Source of the DNA: a cyanobacterium endosymbiont of Braarudosphaera bigelowii
GTDB lineage: Bacteria > Cyanobacteriota > Cyanobacteriia > Cyanobacteriales > Microcystaceae
DNA: 32,000 nucleotides
Reading direction: 5' to 3'
NCBI RefSeq assembly: GCF_020885515.1
Contig: NZ_AP024987.1
Span: 390,001-422,000, forward strand
The position numbers and the translations under genes are program-made. Below the pieces are notes generated by a model, which ran no database searches, was not told the DNA's origin, and saw only the letters and a list, made by a program, of their open reading frames with translations. Of the stretch, positions 10,110 through 18,631 are shown in pieces (position 1 is the first letter of the stretch; each line of letters opens with the position of its first letter).

Positions 10110-10768
10110 TTGATATTCCTCTCTACGTTATCAAACCCATGATAATATCATCATGTAACAATTTGAGAACTTTTTCTTATCAATAATTAATATCCACTCA
10201 ATTTTTTTCACGAATAAATAATGTCAAATAAAGTAGTCATTTAACTAGTTTTACTAATTAATAAAGTTTATCTTAATTAACTGAATGGGATAAGTTTAAA
10301 AGATATAAAAAATTTGCATATCTTATGTTGCGAATACTAATTTAATTATATATATATTTGAAATATACATATATGTAATTCTTAGAGTAGTTTTTATTCA
10401 AGTTATATTAATTTCAATAAAAAACTTGGCTAATAGTACTTTTTCCCATAAAGAAATCTTACTGATAGTTATATCTTTAGTTTATTAAAAATGATGTTTA
10501 CAAAAATTTAGAGAAGAAAACGAATTTCTAGCATATTTACTAATTTTTTTTGTATTAAAGCTTGATATGATTTATTTATTCTATTCAGTCATTATATATA
10601 ATAATATTTTTTACTAAAATTACGAAAGGTAGTATAAACTATGAGAGTGATGGGAAATCATAACAAATAAGTGTATGTGGTATCTTATTGCTGAATATAT
10701 ACTATATATTAATTATTTCCCATTTCATTTAAAATTAACCTTAACTTTCTAAGCTCTAAAAACCTTTC

Positions 10769-11329
10769 ATGATTTCTAGTAATGATTTTCGGAGCGGTGT
10801 CACTATTGAGTTAGATGGTTCAGTGTGGCGCGTCATTGAGTTTCTACATGTTAAGCCTGGTAAAGGCTCAGCTTTCGTTCGAACCAAACTAAAAAATGCT
10901 CAAACGGGAAATGTGGTGGAAAAAACCTTCCGTGCAGGAGAAAGTGTTCCCCAAGCTAATCTCGAAAAACGTACCATGCAGCATACCTATAAAGACTCAG
11001 GACAATATGTTTTTATGGATATGGAAACTTTTGAAGAAGTCCAGTTAAGTCTCAAACAAATGGGGACAACTGTAAACTACGTTAAAGAAGAAATGGAAGC
11101 TGATATTCTTTTCTGGAATGAAAAAGTATTAGAAGTTCAACTACCTACTTCTGTTGTTTTGGAAGTTACAGAGACTGACCCCGGTATGAAAGGAGATACT
11201 GCCACAGGTGGTACGAAACCTGCAATTGTAGAGACTGGAGCACAAATAATGGTTCCCTTATTTATCTCTATTGGAGAGAAGATTAAAGTCGATACTCGTG
11301 ATGGTTCCTACCTAGGACGAGAAACTTAA
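10769..11329 (+). CDS. efp: Translation elongation factor P
   Basis: 186 aa. [17 protein letters not shown]..., [15 protein letters not shown] loop. Full-length EF-P architecture. Confidence 0.97.
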   Translation: MISSNDFRSGVTIELDGSVWRVIEFLHVKPGKGSAFVRTKLKNAQTGNVVEKTFRAGESVPQANLEKRTMQHTYKDSGQYVFMDMETFEEVQLSLKQMGTTVNYVKEEMEADILFWNEKVLEVQLPTSVVLEVTETDPGMKGDTATGGTKPAIVETGAQIMVPLFISIGEKIKVDTRDGSYLGRET

Positions 11330-11330
11330 A

Positions 11331-11371
11331 ATTAAAACTGGTTGTCTATTCGTTAGATAATCAGTTTTAAT
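11331..11371 (+). promoter_or_regulatory. efp-accB intergenic RNA hairpin (18-bp stem, + strand specific)
   Basis: ATTAAAACTGGTTGTCTA (11331-11348) pairs with TAGATAATCAGTTTTAAT (11354-11371), with loop TTCGT. The only two non-Watson-Crick positions are G.U on the + strand transcript and would be C.A on the other strand. Confidence 0.4.
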
Positions 11372-11417
11372 ACCTATTTAAACGTATTTTTACGAGTAGT
11401 TATAGGATGGATAGTCT

Positions 11418-11885
11418 GTGTCAATTAATTTTAAAGAGCTTCGTGAACTGTTAGGGGCAATAGCCCAAACCGATATTTCTGAGGTCATCTTAAAAACAGA
11501 GGCTTTTGAATTAAAAGTACGTAGAGAATTAAAAACAGTAACTTCTACTATACCAATATCATCAGAAGTAATTAATACAAATACTTCTATAACTTCAACA
11601 GATTCTGTTCAAACAACTCCGACAACTTCATCCAATTATGATAACTGGATACCAATCACCTCTCCTATGGTTGGTATATTTTATAGTGCTTCAGCTCCAG
11701 AAGAACCTCCATTTGTTGAGGTTGGAGATCATGTTAGCAAAACTCAAACAGTTTGTATAATTGAAGCAATGAAACTGATGAATGAAATTGAGGTAGAAAT
11801 GGCAGGAGAAATTATGGAAATTATGGTAAAAAATGGTGAACCTGTAGAATATGGGCAAACCTTAATATGGGTAAATCCTAAGTAA
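11418..11885 (+). CDS. accB: Acetyl-CoA carboxylase biotin carboxyl carrier protein (AccB)
   Basis: 155 aa with a GTG start. Biotinylation motif [10 protein letters not shown] in a C-terminal lipoyl-like domain. efp-accB adjacency is the classical arrangement. Confidence 0.93.
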   Translation: MSINFKELRELLGAIAQTDISEVILKTEAFELKVRRELKTVTSTIPISSEVINTNTSITSTDSVQTTPTTSSNYDNWIPITSPMVGIFYSASAPEEPPFVEVGDHVSKTQTVCIIEAMKLMNEIEVEMAGEIMEIMVKNGEPVEYGQTLIWVNPK

Positions 11886-11955
11886 ATGAAATATATACTG
11901 TAGTCCAGTTTAATTATTTATCTAGATTTAAAAATAAGACAAAGTCTTTAGAGTT

Positions 11956-12065
11956 AATTTCTACTTCCTCACCATAGACGTTATAGACTTAATGAATAAG
12001 AGGTTTAAGATCTTAAACCTCTTATTCATTAAGTCTATAACGTCTATGGTGAGGAAGTAGAAATT
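11956..12065. repeat. Perfect, loop-less 110-bp palindrome (two 55-nt arms)
   Basis: 11956-12010 (AATTTCTACTTCCTCACCATAGACGTTATAGACTTAATGAATAAGAGGTTTAAGA) is the exact reverse complement of 12011-12065. The symmetry centre lies between 12010 and 12011, and symmetry breaks at 11955/12066. I checked this base by base. Confidence 0.95.
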
Positions 12066-13197
12066 TCCCATCAAATTGATGTTTTATTCCATCCCAATAA
12101 AACCAATGAATATTATGATCATAGAAATTTAAGTAAATATTATTACCTATATTTAATTGTCCTTGATTTTTAATTAGTGCTCTAATTATTAATTTTGATC
12201 CTTTAATTTGAACGCTAATTAAACTTTCTTTTCCTAATTCTTCAACTAATTTAATTTCTCCACTAATTGTGAGACATTTACTTAATGAATTAGATTGATA
12301 AATATCTTCGGGACGAATACCTAACACAACGTACTTAGGCCATTTACTTTTCCCATTTATTTCCCATATATATTGAGAATCAAGATAACTTAAAGGAATC
12401 ACAAAGTCACCTAATATTGCATTATTTCCCTGACAACATAACTCTAATAAATTCATTTGGGGACTTCCAACAAAGCCTGCTACAAATTGATTAGCTGGAC
12501 GCCGATAAATTTGCCTAGGGGAAGCTAATTGCTGTACTTCACCACCAAATAATACTGCAACTTTATCAGACAAAGTCATAGCCTCAGTCTGATCATGGGT
12601 AACATATACAACTGGTTTATTCTGCTCTATAAATATTTGTTTAAGCTCAGCTCTTACCTGTTCTCTCAAAAGTGCATCTAAATTACTTAAAGGTTCATCA
12701 AGTAAAAAAATATCTGGATTTCTAACTAGTGCACGAGCTAATGCTATTCTTTGCCTTTGTCCTCCCGAAAGTTTGCCTGGTTTTTCTAGTAGACAATCTT
12801 TACCTTCTTGTAATTTTAATTGCTTTGCTGCTTTTTGAATGCGCTGTTCAATTTCTTTTTCGGAAAGTTTACGAATTTTTAAAGCAGTAGCAATATTTTC
12901 TCTTGCTGTCATATGAGGATAAAGAGCGTAACTCTGAAATACCATCGCTATATTACGATCACCAGCTGAGATATTGGTTACATTTTTTTCTCCAATAAAT
13001 ATTTCTCCTTGTGTTGGCGTTTCTAATCCTGCAATTAATCTTAGAAGAGTTGACTTTCCACAACCAGAAGGCCCTAATAATGTTAAAAATTCTCCATCTC
13101 TCACCTCTATATCCGTTATTCCATTAACGACTATGAGGATTTTGCCTTTATTAATTTCATATTCTTTTTTTAAGTTTTTTAATCTTAGCTTCGCCAT
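12022..13197 (-). CDS. Sugar ABC transporter ATP-binding protein (MalK/UgpC/MsmK family)
   Basis: 391 aa. Walker A GPSGCGKST, Q-loop, signature LSGGQRQR, Walker B FLLDEPLSNLD, H-loop VTHDQ, and a C-terminal TOBE-like domain. The last 14 codons and the stop lie inside the palindrome. Confidence 0.9.
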   Translation of the reverse strand: MAKLRLKNLKKEYEINKGKILIVVNGITDIEVRDGEFLTLLGPSGCGKSTLLRLIAGLETPTQGEIFIGEKNVTNISAGDRNIAMVFQSYALYPHMTARENIATALKIRKLSEKEIEQRIQKAAKQLKLQEGKDCLLEKPGKLSGGQRQRIALARALVRNPDIFLLDEPLSNLDALLREQVRAELKQIFIEQNKPVVYVTHDQTEAMTLSDKVAVLFGGEVQQLASPRQIYRRPANQFVAGFVGSPQMNLLELCCQGNNAILGDFVIPLSYLDSQYIWEINGKSKWPKYVVLGIRPEDIYQSNSLSKCLTISGEIKLVEELGKESLISVQIKGSKLIIRALIKNQGQLNIGNNIYLNFYDHNIHWFYWDGIKHQFDGKFLLPHHRRYRLNE

Positions 13198-13389
13198 TAT
13201 TTTTTCACATAATTCTAATTTGAAAAAGTTATATCTTTACTTATTTTAATTAAATTTAATAATTTGGTTAAATAGTTTTAGAAAAAGCTACAATAACTTA
13301 AAAGTATTATATGAGAACAGTTTGAATTCTAATTATTTTAAATATCTCTTAACTATTTAGAGAAAGAAAAAATTTCAAAATACGAACTT

Positions 13390-15354
13390 TTAATAATCAA
13401 TATTTTCTATATCTTTTGCAGATGAACGACGACGACGACGACGAATTAGAGGTTTATTTCCATCGGCTTGCAATGTATCAATATCATCATCATTAAGTGA
13501 TTCCATCATCAGAAGGTTGTTTGCTTGTGATAAATCAATGGTTATCTGATCCTCTGAAACTTTTTCCGATAGTTTTGTGCTTTTGTCTAAAGATTTAAAA
13601 GTAGTTTTTTGTGATTTTAAACTTGATTTTATTTTATTTTCTTCGGGCAATTTTACTGTAACCAATACAGATTTAGGATCTTTAAATTTACGATCAAGAC
13701 GAACTAGTGGAGAAATACCCATTAGTGCATAAATATCTTGTTCAAGAGAAGTCATTTCTACAGAAACCTTTTCTATAGTATTTTCCTCTCTTACTAAATG
13801 ACGAGGTAAGGGTTCCCTGCGCGATTCTAGTATTGGTTCATTATCATCTTCTACTTCTTTGTTGCTTAAATTATTAACTATTTTCGCAACAGGATCTTCC
13901 TTAACAACTAAATTAGGAGATTGACGACGACGACGACGACGATTATTCGTAGTATTACCATTTTGTTCTTGATAGCTAGGATGAAACAAAAGTTCTAACT
14001 CACTACTATTATCATCTTCATATGAAGATTCCAAAGATTGCTCATTAGATTCAGTAGGTTTATTAAAAAATGATTGAGACGCGGAAGATGAGGCTAGTTC
14101 AAGTGGCACAAGTTGTGGCTCTCCTGGTAAGGACGCTAAGTGTCCTAAACCCCCACAACTAGAACAAGGTTGTCCAAATAGCTCATATATATTTTTACCT
14201 TGTCGTTTACGTGTTAATTCAACTAGCCCTAGCTCAGATAGTTGAGCGATTTGTGGCCTCGCTTTATCTTCTTTTAGTGCATTATTAAAATGCTCAAGTA
14301 ATTTTAACTGATCACGACGTGAATCCATATCTATAAAATCTACAATGATTACTCCTCCAATGTTACGTAAGCGTAACTGACGAGCAATTTCAGTAGCAGC
14401 TTCGCTATTAGTCCATAAGACCGTTTCTCTTGAAGTTGCTGAACGAGTAAAAGATCCTGAATTAACATCAACAACTGTAAGCGCTTCTGTCGGTTCAATA
14501 ATAATATAACCACCTGAAGGTAAATCTACTCTAGGCTTTAATGCTTCTCTAATTGCTGCATTGACACGAAAATAATCTAAAATTTGTAGAGATTCTTGAT
14601 GGTGATCAATTAGAACTCCTTCAGGCGGTCTTCCACTACTCCAATTCATTAAATGATGTTTAACCCTTTTTACGCCTGAAGTACTATCTACTACAATCCT
14701 ATTAACATCAGCGCTATAGATGTCTCTTAATACTCTTTGGATAAAATCATCATCACGATTTAGTAACGATGGAGCACGAGTAGATGTAGCTTGAACTTGA
14801 ACAGATTCCCATTGTCTCTGCAAAAACTCTAAGTCTTCCATAATTGCTTCTTCAGCCTTTCCCTCTGCTTCAGTACGAACTAATAAGCCCATGCCAGCAG
14901 GTTTAATCAAAATAGCTAAAGCACGAAGACGGCTGCGTTCATCATCATTGCAAATACGTCGAGACAGATTAACACCTTTTCCATTAGGCATAAGAACTAA
15001 ATATCGACCAGGAAGACTTACATTCCCAGTGAGTCTAGGGCCTTTATTGCCAGTAGGTTCTTTCATAACCTGAACTAGAACTTTTTGTTGTGGTGTTAAT
15101 AACTCTATAATTCCTCCAGCACTTCGTTTTAGACGTAAAGGTCCTAGATCTGTTACATGTATAAAACCATTGCGTTCTGCATCTCCAATATTAACAAATG
15201 CAGCATCAATGCCTGGAATGATATTTTCAACCACTCCTAAAAAAATATCGCTTACCTGCTGATTACCGGTAGCAACTACTAGTTCTTGTATTTGATCTTC
15301 CCAAAATACGGCAGCAATATGGTGTTGTTCTGTAATAATAATTTGCTTAGGCAT
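13390..15354 (-). CDS. rne: Ribonuclease E (cyanobacterial type)
   Basis: 654 aa. S1 domain (FVNIGDAERNGFIHVTDL), catalytic DVNSG, Zn-link CSSCGG. The non-catalytic C-terminal half has two hexa-arginine boxes, including the near-terminal RRRRRRSSA. GAGGGA lies 5 nt upstream of the ATG. Confidence 0.93.
   Translation of the reverse strand: MPKQIIITEQHHIAAVFWEDQIQELVVATGNQQVSDIFLGVVENIIPGIDAAFVNIGDAERNGFIHVTDLGPLRLKRSAGGIIELLTPQQKVLVQVMKEPTGNKGPRLTGNVSLPGRYLVLMPNGKGVNLSRRICNDDERSRLRALAILIKPAGMGLLVRTEAEGKAEEAIMEDLEFLQRQWESVQVQATSTRAPSLLNRDDDFIQRVLRDIYSADVNRIVVDSTSGVKRVKHHLMNWSSGRPPEGVLIDHHQESLQILDYFRVNAAIREALKPRVDLPSGGYIIIEPTEALTVVDVNSGSFTRSATSRETVLWTNSEAATEIARQLRLRNIGGVIIVDFIDMDSRRDQLKLLEHFNNALKEDKARPQIAQLSELGLVELTRKRQGKNIYELFGQPCSSCGGLGHLASLPGEPQLVPLELASSSASQSFFNKPTESNEQSLESSYEDDNSSELELLFHPSYQEQNGNTTNNRRRRRRQSPNLVVKEDPVAKIVNNLSNKEVEDDNEPILESRREPLPRHLVREENTIEKVSVEMTSLEQDIYALMGISPLVRLDRKFKDPKSVLVTVKLPEENKIKSSLKSQKTTFKSLDKSTKLSEKVSEDQITIDLSQANNLLMMESLNDDDIDTLQADGNKPLIRRRRRRSSAKDIENIDY
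13426..13443 (-). repeat. (CGU)6 trinucleotide tract encoding RRRRRR of the C-terminal RRRRRRSSA box of RNase E
   Basis: The + strand reads ACG x6. On the coding strand it reads ATT CGT CGT CGT CGT CGT CGT TCA TCT GCA. Confidence 0.9.
13924..13941 (-). repeat. Second (CGU)6 tract encoding NNRRRRRRQSP in RNase E
   Basis: The + strand reads ACG x6. It uses the same codon as the tract 498 bp away (start-to-start). Confidence 0.9.
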
Positions 15355-16481
15355 TCAATTCCCTCAAACTTTTATAAGAGATGATGGTAGTTAAAATTTC
15401 TGGTTTACTTGTCTAAAAATTTATCGAAGAGCTAGTCAAGATTCAATATCATGACAGTAGGGCATTAGAAAGGAGAAACTAATTGAACTCATTTTTATTT
15501 TAATACCAGAAGTTACGGTACTAACTTAATTAAACATGGAGAGGAACTTACATAAATTGAAAGTTTTGTCTATCCAACCCCAATATGAAAAAACTTATTT
15601 AATATTTCTGAGAATTTTGTAGAATAGTCCTGCACTTAGTTGGTATTTACTTATGCTAGTTCAAGTTATATCAAGACACTTTCCAATAAAGTTAATAATT
15701 TAGATAAAAGAGTTAGATAAAGGCTTAGGATTTTATCCAATTGTCAGTTAAACAAGTTAATTGATAAGTTCATATTCTTAGGGTATCTACTTTGAAATCT
15801 TTCAAGACAGCTGCACATCTATCTATTTTTAATACTTGATATAGTTTAATACTATCATTGTAAAAATATAACTCAAAAAGTATACTTTTGACAACAGAAA
15901 TATTTTTTGGGATAAAATATAATTGGTTTAATGAAGCCTCTACTATTTATATTTATTAATAATATAAATAGTAGATTATATCCATAATGTAAAACATAAA
16001 ATCATTAATTATATCTGTTAAATAAGTATGATTAGCTTATATCCATAAAGTATTTTCTACTAGCTAATTTATGAAAAACATTGTTAGCTATTATTTTTTA
16101 TAGTGTTAATCTTATTGCAATCTTTAAATTAGTATTTTTTATAAAAACATCACATTATCAGAAAATTATATGTATCAATTATTAATTAATAATAATAATT
16201 CCAGTAAAAGAAAATTGATTTATTCTTGATATTTTTATAAAAAACTAATTGAGATGTTTTAATAATTTTGTCATTTTTCACTATTTAGTATTAATTGCCT
16301 AGAATTATTTTATCTCTAAGTTACATGTATAAAAAAATATTGCTTCCTATCAATCTCGTATTAGTTTTCTATTATGTATTCATAGAATAAGAATTTATTC
16401 AAAAAAGTCTTAATATTCTATACTGAAGTTAACACTAGTAGATATATCTGAAACTACATCTAAAAAAAATTTTGAGCAAAA

Positions 16482-16575
16482 GACTCGGAGTCTACGCCTA
16501 CCACAAGCATCCCTTATTGCTGCTACTTTCCAGTCCTGACAAGATTTGGGCGTTGTAATCGCGTAGGTCCAAGCC
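16482..16575 (-). ncRNA. ffs: Signal recognition particle RNA (small bacterial 4.5S type)
   Basis: The reverse complement reads GGCUUGGACCUACGCGAUUACAACGCCCAAAUCUUGUCAGGACUGGAAAGUAGCAGCAAUAAGGGAUGCUUGUGGUAGGCGUAGACUCCGAGUC. The domain IV core GUCAGG-ACU-GGAA-AGU-AGCAGC matches E. coli 4.5S GUCAGGUCCGGAAGGAAGCAGC. The ends pair (CUUGGACCUACGC with GCGUAGACUCCGAG) and a U-rich tract follows. The ends are approximate. Confidence 0.75.
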
Positions 16576-16612
16576 AAATACTAGCATAACACAAAAAATT
16601 ATTTTTTAACGA

Positions 16613-16906
16613 TTATTCATTATTATTAAGAATTTTTGGGACCTTAAAAAATTCTCCTTCCCTACTTGGAGCTTCTTCCATCAAAAGATCTCTGTTTGTA
16701 CAAAGTTGTGATGTATCATTACGAGTAATATTTTTCAACTCAATAACACGTATGGTTGGAATTATTTCCTCAGTCTCTAACTCATCTAATATTCGAAAGT
16801 GTTTTATAACATCTCCTAATTGACTAGCAAACTTTTCTTCTTCTTTAAGATCAATATCTAAGCGAGCTAAATGAGCAATTTTACGGACTTGTTGATGACT
16901 TAACAT
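16613..16906 (-). CDS. gatC: Asp-tRNA(Asn)/Glu-tRNA(Gln) amidotransferase subunit C
   Basis: 97 aa. MLSHQQVRKIAHLARLDIDLKEEEKFASQLGDVIKHFRILDELETE... is a typical GatC sequence. Confidence 0.9.
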   Translation of the reverse strand: MLSHQQVRKIAHLARLDIDLKEEEKFASQLGDVIKHFRILDELETEEIIPTIRVIELKNITRNDTSQLCTNRDLLMEEAPSREGEFFKVPKILNNNE

Positions 16907-16957
16907 AAGTTAGTTTTAATATTCCTGTTTAGGTTAATAGTGAAAAATCTATCATTT

Positions 16958-17479
16958 TTAGAAAAAAACGTCTATTTCAGAGCGTCCTGTAATTTTTAAC
17001 CAATTTTGGGCTTCTATATAATTATTCGGAGCAATTCGTATTGCTTGTTTCCAGTATTCAGCAGCTTTATCAAAAAGATTTTCGGCATTACTTTCATTAC
17101 CTTCAGTTTTAGATCTTTCACCTTGGTAATGATAAATTACTGCAATATTATTTAAGGCTGATGGCATTTGAGGGTTTAAGTTAATAGCTTGCTTATAATA
17201 ATCTAAAGCTTTTGCATGTTCTCCGTTACTAGCATAAATAATACCAATATTATAAAGAATGTAACTACGATCATTATCATTTTCCTCTAGCTTTAGTGCT
17301 TCATTATAGTTGTCTAGAGCCTCAGCATACTCTCCATCTGCTTGAGCTGACATACCATCTCTATAATAGGCAAAAGCTTCCTTTGCCTTTTTATTGGCAG
17401 GTAAAATCTTAAATATAATATCTGCCATTACAGTAAAACTTTTATCGATGAAATTGTCATTGCGCTGAGTTCTGGGCAT
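16958..17479 (-). CDS. ycf3: Photosystem I assembly protein Ycf3 (TPR)
   Basis: 173 aa. [27 protein letters not shown]... is followed by three TPR units ([61 protein letters not shown]). Confidence 0.93.
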   Translation of the reverse strand: MPRTQRNDNFIDKSFTVMADIIFKILPANKKAKEAFAYYRDGMSAQADGEYAEALDNYNEALKLEENDNDRSYILYNIGIIYASNGEHAKALDYYKQAINLNPQMPSALNNIAVIYHYQGERSKTEGNESNAENLFDKAAEYWKQAIRIAPNNYIEAQNWLKITGRSEIDVFF

Positions 17480-17523
17480 AATTCCTAAGGTGTAAAATTA
17501 TATGGTCATATTTTATCAAAGTT

Positions 17524-18363
17524 TTAGCCTTTAACTCCACTTCCTGACTCAGTAGGAATAATATATTGTTGCACTAATATAAACAAAAGAATGACTGGAA
17601 TTATAGAAATAATTGATCCAGCAGAGATAAGACGCCAATCTAGATCTAAAGAATTAGCTAGTTTAGCAATTCCTAATGGTAAAGTGTAATAATCAAGGTT
17701 ATCTAAAACAATTAGGGGCCATAAAAAGTCACTCCATGATCCAATAAAAATAAAGAATGCTAATGTAACTAAGGCTGGACGAACAGCAGGAATCATAATA
17801 TGCCACCATATATCAAATTCAGAACAGCCATCTATTTTAGCTGCCTCTTCTAGCTCTTTAGGAACTTCTTTAAATGCTTGCCTTAAAAAGAAAATGCCAA
17901 AAGTTGACACTAAATTAGGCAGAATAGCTCCTAAGTAAGTATTACGAAGCTTTAAATTTACTGCTAAGATAAATAGAGGTATCATAATAATTTGTGATGG
18001 GATCATAATGGTGGAAATTATGAAAGCCCATATCGTATTCTTCCCTAAAAAATTGATTCTAGCTAAGGGATATGCGGCAAGAGAACATAGAATAAGATTT
18101 AAACATACAGTTAAAAAAGCTATCAAAAAACTATTATATAAATATTTTCCAAAAGGATAATTTTGCCAAACAATTATAAAATTTTGCCAAGTTGGTTGGC
18201 TAGGCAACCAAGACGTTAAAGTAGTTGATATATCATCTGTTGAAGGTTTAAAAGCAGTCCCGAAAAGCCATATTAAAGGGAAAAGAGTTAAGATTGCAAT
18301 TATTATTAGCAATAAATACGTGAAAATATTTCCAGAAATTAATTCAAGCTTTCTATTTTTCAT
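17524..18363 (-). CDS. Carbohydrate ABC transporter permease (MalG/UgpE-like)
   Basis: 279 aa, about 6 TM segments, with EAA loop EEAAKIDGCSEFDIWWHIMIPAVRPAL. Confidence 0.88.
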   Translation of the reverse strand: MKNRKLELISGNIFTYLLLIIIAILTLFPLIWLFGTAFKPSTDDISTTLTSWLPSQPTWQNFIIVWQNYPFGKYLYNSFLIAFLTVCLNLILCSLAAYPLARINFLGKNTIWAFIISTIMIPSQIIMIPLFILAVNLKLRNTYLGAILPNLVSTFGIFFLRQAFKEVPKELEEAAKIDGCSEFDIWWHIMIPAVRPALVTLAFFIFIGSWSDFLWPLIVLDNLDYYTLPLGIAKLANSLDLDWRLISAGSIISIIPVILLFILVQQYIIPTESGSGVKG

Positions 18364-18549
18364 TTCTTGTCAGTTTAGTATAAATATTTAAAATATAATA
18401 AGTCGACAATTATTATTAGATTATCAAGCTAAATATTTTTAAGAATTAATAATAACATTTAATTAAGACATACTTTATATTTGTTAAATCTTATCATTAT
18501 CTTCCATTTCAATATAATAAATAAAAAACTGATTACGAAAAAAGTTAAA

Positions 18550-18585
18550 AAGGGAAAATAATAATTTTACTTACTACTTTCCCTT
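18550..18585 (-). terminator. Candidate ileS terminator hairpin
   Basis: AAGGGAAA (18550-18557) pairs with TTTCCCTT (18578-18585). On the minus strand the stem is followed by TTTAACTTTTTT. The stem is short and the loop is 20 nt, so support is weak. Confidence 0.3.
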
Positions 18586-18631
18586 AAGACTTACATAAAT
18601 ATAAAAGAGTTACTTCTCTAAAATAAATTCT

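Noticed and set aside
10344-10380. An AT-rich quasi-palindrome (AATTATATATATATTTGAAATATACATATATGTAATT) in the asd/efp divergent spacer.
   Set aside because: The symmetry is imperfect and the sequence is (TA)n-like low complexity. This is expected by chance in a spacer of this composition.
15972-16051. The two 19-mer direct repeats spaced 61 bp apart, considered as a CRISPR remnant.
   Set aside because: There are only two copies at 17/19 identity, with no cas genes, no further repeats and no leader-like context. They are reported only as part of the spacer description.
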